In this document: positions 1 to 12,069 of the stretch, piece after piece
Position numbering within the stretch: position 1 is the stretch's first letter
Layout: each line of letters starts with the position of its first letter
NCBI RefSeq assembly: GCF_044704955.1
Contig: NW_027252668.1
Location: 3,224,001 to 3,288,000 of the forward strand
DNA: 64,000 nucleotides
DNA from: Pristiophorus japonicus
Taxonomy: Eukaryota
Reading direction: 5' to 3'
Translations under genes and position numbers: made by a program
The notes under the pieces: generated by a model
Database searches by the model: none
What the model saw: only the letters and a program-made list of their open reading frames with translations
What the model was told of the DNA's origin: nothing

Positions 1-686
1 CTAAATCATTAATGTACAATGTAAACAGCTGGGGCCCAAGCACAGAACCCTGCGGTACCCCACTAGTCACTGCCTGCCATTCCGAAAAGTACCCATTTAC
101 TCCTACTCTTTGCTTCCTGTCTGACAACCAGTTCTCAATCCACGTCAGCACACTACCCCCAATCCCATGTGCTTTAACTTTGCACATTAATCTCCTGTGT
201 GGGACCTTGTTGAAAGCCTTCTGAAAGTCCAAATATACCACATCAACTGGTACTCCTTTGTCCACTTTATTGGAAACATCCTCAAAAAATTTCAGAAGAT
301 TTGTCAAGCATGATCTCCCTTTCACAAATCCATGCTGACTTGGACCTATCATGTCACCATTTTCCAAATGCACTGCTATGACATCCTTAATAATTGATTC
401 CATCATTTTACCCACTACTGAGGTCAGGCTGACCGGTCTATAATTCCCTGCTTTCTCTCTCCCTCCTTTTTTAAAAAGTGGGGTTACATTGGCTACCCTC
501 CACTCGATAGGAACTGATCCAGAGTGAATGGAATGTTGGAAAATGACTGTCAATGCATCCGCTATTTCCAAGGCCACCTCCTTAAGTACTCTGGGATGCA
601 GTCCATCAGGCCCTGGGGATTTATCGGGATTCAATCCCATCAATTTCCCCAACACAATTTCCCGACTAATAAAGATTTCCCTCAGT
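1..686 (-). mobile_element. CR1-clade LINE ORF2 (RT) fragment, 5'-truncated, continues off the window start
   Basis: Reverse complement is nearly identical to the CR1 copy at ~35725-36410 ([31 protein letters not shown] motifs). Confidence 0.9.
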
Positions 687-3646
687 ACTGCCCCTCTGAC
701 AGTGCAGCACTCCCTCAGTACTGCCCCTCTGACAGTCCAGCGCTCCCTCAGTACAGACCCTCTGACAGTGCTGCACTCCCTCAGTACTGCCCCTCTGACA
801 GTGCAGCGCACCCTCAGTACTGCCCCTCTGACAGTCCAGCTCTCCCTCAGTACTGCCCCTCTGACAGTGCAGTGCTCCCTCAGTTCTGACTCTCCAACAA
901 TGCGGCGCTCCCTCAGTACTGCCCCTCCGACAGTGCGGCGCTCCCTCAGTACAGACCCACTGACAGTGCAGCACTCCCTCAGTACTGCCCCTCTGACAGT
1001 GCAGCGATCCCTCAGTACTGCCCTTCTGACAGTGCAGCACTCCCTCAGTACTGCCCCTCTGACAGTCCAGCGCTCCATCAGTACTGCCTCTCCGACAGTG
1101 CGGCACTCCCTCAGTACTGCCTCTCCGACAGTGCGGCGCACCCTCAGTACTGCCCCTCCGGCAGTGTGGTACTCGCTCAGTATTGCCCCTCTGACAGTGC
1201 AGCGCACCTCAGTACTGCCCCTCCGACAGTCCAGCTCTCCCTCAGTACTGCCCCTCTGACAGTGCAGTGCTCCCTCAGTTCTGACTTTCTGACAGTGCAG
1301 TGCTCCCTCAGTTCTGAACCTCCAACAATGAGGCGCTCCCTCAGTACTGCCCCTCCGGCAGTGCGGCGCTCCCTCAGTACTGCCCCTCTGACAGTGCGGC
1401 ACTCCCTCAGTACTGCCCCTCTGACAGTGCAGCACTCCCTCAGTACTGCCCCTCTGACAGTGCAGCGCTCCCTCAATACTGCCCTTCTGACAGTGCAGCA
1501 CTCCCTCAGTACTGCCCCTCCGACAGTGAAGTGCTCCCTCAGTACTGCCCCTCCATCAGTGCAGCGTTCCCTCAGTATTGCCCCTCAATCAGTGCAGCAC
1601 TCCCTCAGTAATGCCCCTCTGACAGTGCAGCACTCCCTCAGTACTGCCCCTCCATCAGTGCAGCGCTCCCTCAGTACTGCCCCTCCATCAGTGCAGCACT
1701 CCCTCAGTACTGCCCCTCTGACAGTGCAGCGCTTCCTCAGTAATGCCCCTCCATCAGTGCAGCGCTCCCTCAGTACTGCCCCTCTAACAGTGCAGCACTT
1801 CCTCAGTACTGCCCCTCCATCAGTGCAGCACTCCCTCAGTACTGCCCCTCTGACAGTGCAGCGCTCCCTCAGTACTGCCCCTCCATTAGTGCAGCAGTTC
1901 CTCAGTACTGCCCCTCCGACAGTGCAGCACTCCCTCAGTACTGCCCCTCTGATAGACCGGCGCTCCCTCAGTACTGACCCACTGACAGTGCAGCGCTCCC
2001 TCAGTACTGCCCCTCTGACAGTGCAGCGATCCCTCAGTACTGCCCTTCTGACAGTGCAGCAGTCCCTCAGTACTGCCCCTCTGACAGTCCAGCGCTCCAT
2101 CAGTACTGCCTCTCCGACAGTGCGGCACTCCCTCAGTACTGCCCCTCCGACAGTGCGGCGCACCCTCAGTACTGCCCCTCCAGCAGTGCAGCACTCCCTC
2201 AGTACTGCCCCTCTGACAGTGCAGCACTCCTTTAGTACTGCCCCTCTGACAGTGAAGTGCTCCCTCAGTACTGCCCCTCCGTCAGTGCAGCGTTCCCTCA
2301 GTACTGCCCCTCCATCAGTGCAGCACTCCCTCAGTACTTCCCCTCCATCAGTGCAGCGCTCCCTCAGTACTGCCCCTCTGATAGTCCAGCGCTCCCTCAG
2401 TACAGACCCACTGACAGTGCAGCGCTCCCTCAGTACTGCCCCTCTGACAGTGCAGCGATCCCTCAGTACTGCCCTTCTGACAGTGCAGCACTCCCTCAGT
2501 ACTGCCCCTCTGACAGTCCAGCGCTCCATCAGTACTGCCTCTCCGATAGTGCGGCACTCCCTCAGTACTGCCTCTCCGACAGTGCGGCGCACCCTCAGTA
2601 CTGCCCCTCCGGCAGTGTGGTACTCGCTCAGTACTGCCCCTCTGACAGTGCAGCGCACCTCAGTACTGCCCCTCCGACAGTCCAGCTCTCCCTCAGTACT
2701 GCCCCTCTGACAGTGCAGTGCTCCCTCAGTTCTGACTTTCTGACAGTGCAGTGCTCCCTCAGTTCTGACCCTCCAACAATGAGGCGCACCCTCAGTACTG
2801 CCCCTCCGACAGTGCGGCGCTCCCTCAGTACTGCCCCTCTGACAGTGCGGCACTCCCTCAGTACTGCCCCTCTGACAGTGCAGCACTCCCTCAGTACTGC
2901 CCCTCTGACAGTGCAGCGCTCCCTCAATACTGCCCTTCTGACAGTGCAGCACTCCCTCAGTACTGCCCCTCCGACAGTGAAGTGCTCCCTCAGTACTGCC
3001 CCTCCATCAGTGCAGCGCTCCCTCAGTACTGCCCCTCCATCAGTGCAGCACTCCCTCAGTACTGCCCCTCTGACAGTGCAGCGCTTCCTCAGTAATGCCC
3101 CTCCATCAGTGCAGCGCTCCCTCAGTACTGCCCCTCTAACAGTGCAGCACTTCCTCAGTACTGCCCCTCCATCAGTGCAGCACTCCCTCAGTACTGCCCC
3201 TCTGACAGTGCAGCGCTCCCTCAGTACTGCCCCTCCATTAGTGCAGCAGTTCCTCAGTACTGCCCCTCCGACAGTGCAGCACTCCCTCAGTACTGCCCCT
3301 CTGATAGACCGGCGCTCCCTCAGTACTGACCCACTGACAGTGCAGCGCTCCCTCAGTACTGCCCCTCTGACAGTGCAGCGATCCCTCAGTACTGCCCTTC
3401 TGACAGTGCAGCACTCCCTCAGTACTGCCCCTCTGACAGTCCAGCGCTCCATCAGTACTGCCTCTCCGACAGTGCGGCACTCCCTCAGTACTGCCCCTCC
3501 GACAGTGCGGCGCACCCTCAGTACTGCCCCTCCAGCAGTGCAGCACTCCCTCAGTACTGCCCCTCCGACAGTGCGGCACTCCCTCAGTACTGCTCTTCTG
3601 ACAGTGCAGTGCACCCTCAGTACTGACCCTCTGACAGTACTCCTCA
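678..3646. repeat. 33-bp minisatellite (TCCCTCAGTACTGCCCCTCTGACAGTGCAGCAC), ~90 units
   Basis: Direct tandem periodicity; 11-aa periodic ORFs in several frames. Confidence 0.97.
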
Positions 3647-3879
3647 CTTTCTGCCCGAACTCTCACCAGTAGTGAGAACGTCCCAGGCAGTGCCGAGCGA
3701 TACAGTGCCGTGCTAAGGGAAGGAAGCTGTACTGTGCTGACTCACCTCTTTCACTTTCACTTTCACATGGTCAGAATTCACTCCCTGACCCAGTTTCGGG
3801 GAAAACAAGAAACGCTGCCCTGCATTCTCAGTGCCGTTACATCACCTTATAAGTCTGCTGGCCTTCGTTCATGGGCTCT

Positions 3880-4380
3880 TTACCCATTCCTTTTGGGTCC
3901 CATGCCCCCTGTATGGTCCTGTGCCCCTATAGCCACCTCTATACGGTCTTGTGCCCCTATACTCACCCCCGTAGGGTCCCATGCCCATATACACATCCTA
4001 CAGGGTCCCGTGCCCATATACCCACATTATAGGGTCCTGTGCCCCCTATAGCCACCACTATAGGATCCCGTGCCCAAATACCCACTCCGATAAGTTGCCA
4101 TTCCACCATACACCCAATAGGATCCCGTGCCCCTTCACCCACGACTATAGGGTCCCATGCCCAATATAGCCACCCTATAGGGTTCCGTGCTCCCTATACT
4201 CAATCTTATAATGTCCTGTGCCCCTTTACCCACCTTTAGGGTCCTGTGCCCCCTATTATCCACCTTATAGTGTCCCGTGCCCCTATACCTACATTTTAGG
4301 GGTGCCCCTATACCCACCATATAGTGTTCTGTCCCCCAATACCCACCACTATAGGATCTCGTGCCCCTATACCCACCACA
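3880..4380. repeat. Degenerate ~30-bp tandem repeat (TATAGGGTCCTGTGCCCCTATACCCACCAC-like)
   Basis: Recurring GGGTCC(T/C)GTGCCCC-TATA-CCCA motif every ~30 bp. Confidence 0.8.
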
Positions 4381-4433
4381 AATCTTTGACTAATGGTGAC
4401 TTTATTCACATAATCAGCTATTTTAAAATTTCT

Positions 4434-5050
<617 letters not shown>

Positions 5051-5080
5051 AGCGGACAGCATTTAATGTAATAACCCAAA

Positions 5081-5096
5081 GGCTCTTTTCAGAGCC
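5081..5096 (+). terminator. Histone 3' stem-loop (H2A)
   Basis: CCCAAA-GGCTCTTTTCAGAGCC-ACCCA; purine-rich HDE-like GAAAGGGCTG at ~5112. Confidence 0.97.
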
Positions 5097-5753
5097 ACCC
5101 ACAGTATCTGTGAAAGGGCTGCTTTCTGTTCTATGGATCACAATTGTCCCTGATCTAATTTAATACAAAACAGACGGAAGCTGAACGTGAGACCGCTAGT
5201 CATTGAACATGTTGGGACAGCCGTATCTGAACCGGATGATAAGAGCCGAGTATAAAGGAATGAGCGGTTGATGGGCTCACTGACTTTTATAGGGGCAATA
5301 ATTCCATAGGGAGAAATATATACATTCTGAACACATTGATACATACGTACTTTTTACCCATTTTTAAATTTGCGTAGAGGATGGAATTTCAGCTCATGGT
5401 TAATGTAAAATATTACAAATAGTATCCGACCTAACCCCGCATTAAGAGCTGGGTTAAAGGGGAGATAGATTGCAGGCAGCTCGACTTTTCTCTGGAATCT
5501 ATCCTGGTATGTGCAGTGGGATTAATTCACTAGCAGATCTCCCACTTATAGTTCGCGACCCACACTGGGCGGGTGCAGTCGGTACACTGGGAATCTGACT
5601 CGCATTGAAACCTGGATCAAAGCCACACCGTCAGATATTCACCGCCTGCACTGCATAAAGCCGCAGTTACAGTAACACTACAAGGCGTGCACGATGTGTA
5701 CACAGGACAGTTTGCCTGGAGCCGGTCGCAGCTCTTTCCTTTGCTGATTTGGT

Positions 5754-5769
5754 GGCTCTGAAAAGAGCC
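5754..5769 (-). terminator. Histone 3' stem-loop (H3)
   Basis: Minus strand GGCTCTTTTCAGAGCC-ACCA, then HDE AAAGAGCTG. Confidence 0.97.
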
Positions 5770-5816
5770 GTTGTTGCACTTGGTGCGAAACCTTGGAGCC
5801 CGGGCAAGGAGGAAGT

Positions 5817-6495
<679 letters not shown>

Positions 6496-6519
6496 CAATT
6501 GAAGAATCCGGCTTTTTAT

Positions 6520-6872
6520 TTTTTTTTAATTCGTAGCCAATCTTTCCAATTCTTTGTCAAATCACAAACGCCAGAGGTCACCTTGCACACATCAAGGATC
6601 ACTCTGCGCCAATGCTCTTAGCCAAAAGTCCGAGAGCCACTGCACCGTTCCTGGAAGTACTGCAATACCAGGTTCGTGCCATGGAGGTGGATGGGTCAGG
6701 TCCCCCACACACCTCCGTGGAGGTGGATGGGTCAAGCCACCCCACCCACCTCCTATTTCCAAAAAGCATAGGAGAACCAGCTTCCTGATCCAGGGAGAAC
6801 CACTTTGGGGTCATGGTTACTCCCCTGTCAGGTCAGTTACGCATGATCTTAGCCAAAAGGCCGAGAAGCGAT
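6520..6872 (-). mobile_element. U2/U1 snRNA-mosaic retroposon (candidate snRNA-derived SINE)
   Basis: U2 nt1-29 exact (6872-6844); U1 nt~1-50-like (6839-6790); U2 Sm/SL3/SL4-like (~6770-6641); second U2-like head (6638-6613); unique tail; A8-9; TSD TCCGGCT(T/C)TTTAT at 6507-6519 and 6874-6886. Confidence 0.85.
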
Positions 6873-7224
6873 CTCCGGCTCTTTATAACCTCGATGGTGT
6901 CCCATTATAAATCACCAATCCCATTCTCTTTAACATTCCGGTTTGAATTCTGTCCCATTCCCTGATGGGTCTGCAGCGGGCGGGAATAATTCCCCGGTCA
7001 CTGCATCCTGTAAACACAAAGTCCCGCATCCATCCCACCAGTGCCGTCCCGTTTCACCGATTCTCACACAAAGCTCACAACATGACAGGATTATGTGAGG
7101 GGAGACTGTAATGTCGGGTAAAGGAGACTGTGTATCCCCGCCCGCTCATTGTGACCGGGACACCCGGAGTTTCTGATCTCATATTAAGCTATTGTTCTAA
7201 AATATTTAATAGTTCCCATATTCC

Positions 7225-7315
7225 TACAGCGACTACACTGCAAAAGTACTTCATTGGCTTTGAGAAGTCCGATGGCCATGTAAGGCACTATATATATCCA
7301 AATGTTTCTTTCCTT
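7225..7315 (+). mobile_element. Short SINE/L2-type 3' tail relic
   Basis: GACTACACT.CAAAAGTACTTCATTGGCT...AAGGCACTATATA...TTTCTTT; resembles the L2 3' end at ~56336-56400 (opposite strand) and the relic at ~53290-53375. Confidence 0.45.
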
Positions 7316-7399
7316 TAATTAAATAGCTGAAATAATTTCCCAACCAAACCGTCCACACTGCCATCCCCAGGTCACTGCTCCCTCTGTGAGGCGGTGGGT

Positions 7400-7415
7400 G
7401 GCTCTTAAAAGAGCC
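7400..7415 (-). terminator. Histone 3' stem-loop (H4)
   Basis: Minus strand CACAAA-GGCTCTTTTAAGAGCC-ACCCA. Confidence 0.96.
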
Positions 7416-7449
7416 TTTGTGTTGTGCTGGGTGGAAAGGGTGGAGTTGT

Positions 7450-7770
<321 letters not shown>

Positions 7771-7815
7771 TCACTCAAACTGTCGCTGAATGAGGAACTA
7801 ACTCCTCCTGGCTCC

Positions 7816-8009
7816 TTTTTTATAGAGCCGGCCCCGACCTGACTGAGAAAGCGCAGAGTGAGAGAGGCGGGAAGGGGAGGAGACAGAGTGAGAGGTTAAA
7901 CAGAGAGCGCGGCAGGGACGGAGATAGAATCAAGATTGAGAGACAGAGCAGAGCGCCGCCTCTGATCTTCCAGCTCCACCTCCAGCTTTCTGCAACCGCC
8001 AATTTCAAA
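7816..8009 (-). promoter_or_regulatory. H4 promoter: TATA, site-II-like and CHR/E2F-like element
   Basis: TATAAAAA at ~7817-7824; CAGGTCGG just upstream (resembles H4 site II GGTCCG); TTTGAAATTGGCGG at 7996-8009. Confidence 0.6.
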
Positions 8010-8424
8010 TTGTTTTCTCCACAATACAACCGATACACAGCGCTCCGCACAAACCCTTACAGACTCGGAATTCATATTCAAGGCTTCCAGGGACCAGAAG
8101 CTGTTAAATAAGGTCCCGGTACAATTCACAATCAGGAATATTCCCGCCTATATAGTCCGTTCCCTGTCAATCTCAGACCTTATTCCATCTCCTCTCACAG
8201 ACCGGTTCAGCACTTTGCAAACACCTTATTCCAGCTGATTTGGAGAATCTGGTGTTTGGAGGTTGAGTTGTGAGGCGGGGTATCGCCGCCAGTCCCACTG
8301 TCTCACAGAGACTCTTCCCCCTGAATCTGTGAAATGACTGACCAGGAACTGAGACTGGAGCCGGACTCAAACCCCAGTTACAGTGAGGCCCGGGCCGGAC
8401 ATCCCATTCTCTGTGTTTTATTGT

Positions 8425-8550
8425 AGGCACTGGGGGAGGGGCGTGTGCAGACACTGGGGGAGGGGCGGGTACAGACACTGGGGGAGGGGTGGGTGCAGAC
8501 ACTGAGGGAGGGGTGGGTGCAGGCACTGGGGGGGGGCGGGGTTGGGTGCA
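8425..8550. repeat. G-rich ~24-bp tandem repeat, ~5 units
   Basis: (GCAGACACTGGGGGGAGGGGTGGGT)-like units. Confidence 0.8.
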
Positions 8551-8670
8551 GCCAATGGCAACGAGTCACGAGGGATCCCGGGGTCATTTTCAATGATTTC
8601 TATCTGGAATCTGAGCCCGGGACAGGGATTATTTGATTCCGGGATCAGCTCTTTTCTGAGAGGCGTGGGT

Positions 8671-8686
8671 GGCTCTGAGAAGAGCC
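8671..8686 (-). terminator. Histone 3' stem-loop (H1)
   Basis: Minus strand CCCAAA-GGCTCTTCTCAGAGCC-ACCCA and HDE AAAAGAGCTG. Confidence 0.95.
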
Positions 8687-8720
8687 TTTGGGTTTAAATG
8701 TTTAGAAGTTGCCTTTTTAT

Positions 8721-9210
8721 TTACTTTTTGGGTGCTGCTTTCTTGCCCTTTGCTGATTTGGGCGTGGCCTTGACCCTCGGGTTCTCCACCTTTTTGGCCG
8801 CCTTCACTTTCTTGGGGCTCTTGGGCTTCTTCACCGCCGCCTTCTTCCCAGCCGGCCCTTTCGCTGTCTTTTTTGCTGTTGGTGCCTTCTTGGTGCTCGT
8901 TTTCTTAGCTGCTGCTTTCTTTGCTGGAGATTTCTTGGCTGCTGCTTTCTTGGCTGCTGGCTTCTTCACCTTCTTTCCCACTTTCTCCTGGGAATCCGTC
9001 TTAGCGATTTTGAAGGAGCCCGAGGCGCCCGTGCCCTTGTTCTGCTTCAGGGAGCCATTCATCACATTCTTCTTAATACTGAATCTGATCTGGGACCCGC
9101 GCTTCTCCACATCCACGCTTTTGGCCGCCAGAGCCTTCTTTATCGTGGCCAGGGACATTCCTCTGCGATCCTTGCCATCGGCCACAACCTTGAGGATATT
9201 GGTCGCCCAG
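8721..9210 (-). pseudogene. H1: Histone H1, 5'-truncated (N-terminal tail and promoter missing)
   Basis: Globular domain (RRGMSLATIKKAL...LKQNKGTGASGSFK) and K/A/P-rich tail intact; homology ends at ~9210 with an apparent +1 base in CTG GGC GAC CAA t ATC CTC (LGDQ/IL). Confidence 0.85.
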
Positions 9211-9655
9211 ACACAGACAGATACAGTATCAGTTAGTTTTACACTTTGTATCAGTGTCTCCATAATACGCTCAGTAACAGTGTTACACCTTCACGTATTG
9301 CACCAGAGAAACAGAGACATTATCCGTCTTGCACTTCCAACAGCGTTTCCACATCATGCTAAATAACAGTATCCCGCCTTCACAACCAGTACAAGAGAGA
9401 GCGGATAGCAACAGAGAGGCAGAGAGAGGGGAGAGGTGTGAGCGAGAGTCAGGAGAGTGCGAGGTCGGGCGGTGAGACACAGAAAGACATGCACAGTATC
9501 AGTTCCAGACTGACCTGTGAAGTCCCGTTTTATTCTGGAGAGACAGAAGATGAAGTCTCCTCTCTCACTATATTGTACCAGAGACAGACACATTATGAAT
9601 CCCACACTGCGGGACAGTGTCAGAGAGTTAGAGAAACAGTGTCCCACATTTATCA
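9211..9655. repeat. Degenerate low-complexity repeat replacing the H1 5' region
   Basis: Recurring CAGAGA(G/A)ACAGA(C/G)ACATTAT and ACAGT(A/G)TC motifs. Confidence 0.4.
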
Positions 9656-9785
9656 CTTGCTTGGCTGTGATCAGAGCAGGAGTAGGCCATTTGATCCCTC
9701 AAGCATGCTCTGCCATTCAATAAAATCATAGCTGATCTGATCATGGACTCAGCTCCACTTCCCTGCCCGCTCCGCATAACCGTTT

Positions 9786-9995
9786 TGTTATATCTGTATA
9801 CTTATATTTACTCTGTACAGCCACCAGAGGGCTCATCCCCTGGAGTCCCAAGGATCCCATAATTCTTTGGGAGCACAGGTATTTAGGAGGCTTCCCAGGT
9901 TGGAGAGGCACTCTGGAGACCTGCAATCAAAGACAAAGGTCACACTTTACTTTGAGCTCACAGTGTTCAGTCTGACTCTTTCTCCAGACACAACA
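9786..9995 (+). mobile_element. Solo LTR (210 bp)
   Basis: TGTT...AACA termini; 5-bp TSD CGTTT/CCTTT; cleanly splits CR1 sequence CATAAC|CTTTACTCC; TATTTA and AATCAA signals. Confidence 0.8.
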
Positions 9996-10702
9996 CCTTT
10001 ACTCCATTATCGCTCAAAAATCTGACGATCTCCGCCTTAAATATATTCTATGACCCAGGCACCACAGCTCTCTGGCGCAGATAATTCCATAGATTTACAA
10101 CCCTCTGAGAGAAGAAATTCCTCCTCTTCCCAGTTTTAAATGGGCAGCCCCTAATTCTAAGATTATGTCCCCAAGTTTTAGTTGCCCCTATGAGTGGAAA
10201 TATCCTCTCTGTATCCACCTTGTCAAGTCCCCTCATTATCTTATAAGTTTCAATAAGATCACCTCTCATTCTTCTGAACTCCAATGTTTTTAGGCCCAAT
10301 CTACTCAAACCTATCCTCATAAGTCAATCGCCTCATCTTCAGAATCAACTGAGTGAACCTTCTCTGAACAGACTCCAATGCAAGTATATCCTTCCTTAAA
10401 TACGGAGACCAAAACTGTACACAGTACTCCAGATGTGGCCTCACCAATACCCTGTACAGTTGTAGCAGGACTTCTCTGTTTTTATACTCTATCCCCCTTG
10501 CAATAAAGGCCAACATTCCATTTGCCTTCCTGATTACTTGCTGTACCTGCATGCAAACTTTTTGTGTTTCATGCACAAGGATCCCCAGATCGCTTTGTAC
10601 TGCTGCACTTTGCAATTTTTCTTTATTTAAATTATAATTTGCTTTTCTATTATTTCTGCCAAAGTGGATAACCTCACATTTTCCCACATTATACTCCATC
10701 TG

Positions 10703-10810
10703 AAAGTGGACCTGAGTCCATGATCGGATTAGCCATGATCACACTAAATGGCGGACCAGGCTCGAGGGACTATATGGCCTACTCCTGCTCCTATTTCTTA
10801 TGTTCTTATG
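10703..10810 (+). mobile_element. Very short CR1 3'-end insertion, opposite orientation to host
   Basis: GGCCTACTCCTGCTCCTATTTCTTATGTTCTTATG CR1 terminus inside the minus-strand RT. Confidence 0.8.
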
Positions 10811-11696
10811 GGCCACATTTATGCTCACTCACTTAGCCTGTCTATATTCCTTTGCAGATTTTTTGTGTCTTCCTCACAATTTGCTTTCCCACCCATCTTT
10901 GTATCATCGGCAAACTTGGCTAAATTAAACTCGATCCCGTCATCCAGGTCATTAATATTGATTGTAAATAGTTGAGTACCCAGCACCAATCCCTGCGACA
11001 CCCCACTAGTTACTGTTTGCCAACCGGAAAATGACCCATTTATCTCGACTCTCTGTTTTCTGTTCGTTAGTCAATCCTCTATCCAAGCATATATTATTCC
11101 CAATCCCGTGAGCTTTTATCTTGTGCAGTAACCTCTTATGTGGCACTTTATCGAATGCCTTCTGAAAATCCAAATACACCACATCCACTGGTTCCCCTTT
11201 ATCCACCCTGCTCGTTACATCCTCAAAGAACTCCAGCAAATTTGTCAAACATGATTTCCCTTTCATAAAACCATGCTGACTCTGCTTGATTGAATCATGC
11301 TTTTCCAAATGTCCTGCTACTGCTTCCTTAATAATGGACTCCAGCATTTTCCCAATGATAGATGTTAGGTTAACTGGGTGATAGTTTCCTGCTTTTTGTC
11401 TGCCTCCTTTTTTAAATAAGGGTGTTACATTTGCGGTTTTCCAATCTGCTGGGACCACCCCAGAATCCAGGGAATTTTGGTAGATTACAAACAATGCATC
11501 CACTATCACTACAGCCACATTTCATAAGACCACAGGATGTAAGCCATCAATTCCAGGTGACTTGTCCGTCTTTCGTCCCATTATTTCACCGAGTACTACT
11601 TCATTCGTGATAGTGATTGTAATAAGTTCCTCTCAACATACAACCTCTTGATTATCCACTTCGATATTACTCTCAGTGACCGAGTGTTTGACTCTA

Positions 11697-11955
11697 ATAG
11701 AAACATAGAAACATAGAAAATAGATGCAGGAGTAGGCCATTCGGCCCCTCCAGCCTGCACCGGCATTCACTGAGTTCATGGCTGAACATGAAACTTCAGT
11801 ACCCCATTCCTGCTTTCTCGCCATACCCCTTGATCCCCCTAGTAGTAAGGACTTCATCTAACTCCTTTTTGAATATATTTAGTGAATTGGCCTCAACAAC
11901 TTTCTGTGGTAGAGAATTCCACAGGTTCACCACTCTCTGGGTGAAGAAGTTTCTC
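11697..11955 (-). mobile_element. 5'-truncated young CR1 3' end
   Basis: (CATAGAAA)n tail; near-identical to 47328-47585 and 63220-63480. Confidence 0.9.
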
Positions 11956-12069
11956 TAACTAAACTAATCTCGAACTATTTCTGTCAGATATTAACTCCTG
12001 CGCGGTCCCAGCAAAAACTCCCACTCCCTCGTCCCTCCGATGTTTTTGCAGGATTGCTTTGTGAAGACG

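Larger units (their letters stand above)
9672..11632 (-). mobile_element. CR1 LINE 3' half, interrupted by a solo LTR and a short inverted CR1 tail
   Basis: Minus ORFs 11006-11518, 10301-10699 and 10048-10320 carry CR1 RT and C-terminal motifs ([13 protein letters not shown]); 3'UTR at ~9672-9785. Confidence 0.9.

Noticed and set aside
524-3672. Long ORFs (up to 514 aa, STAPLTVQHSL repeats)
   Set aside because: By-product of a 33-bp unit that is stop-free in several frames on both strands; no promoter or splice evidence.
6641-6872. Functional U2 snRNA gene
   Set aside because: Branch-point recognition region and stem II replaced by U1-like sequence, no recognisable PSE or 3' box, and TSD plus poly(A) indicate retroposition.
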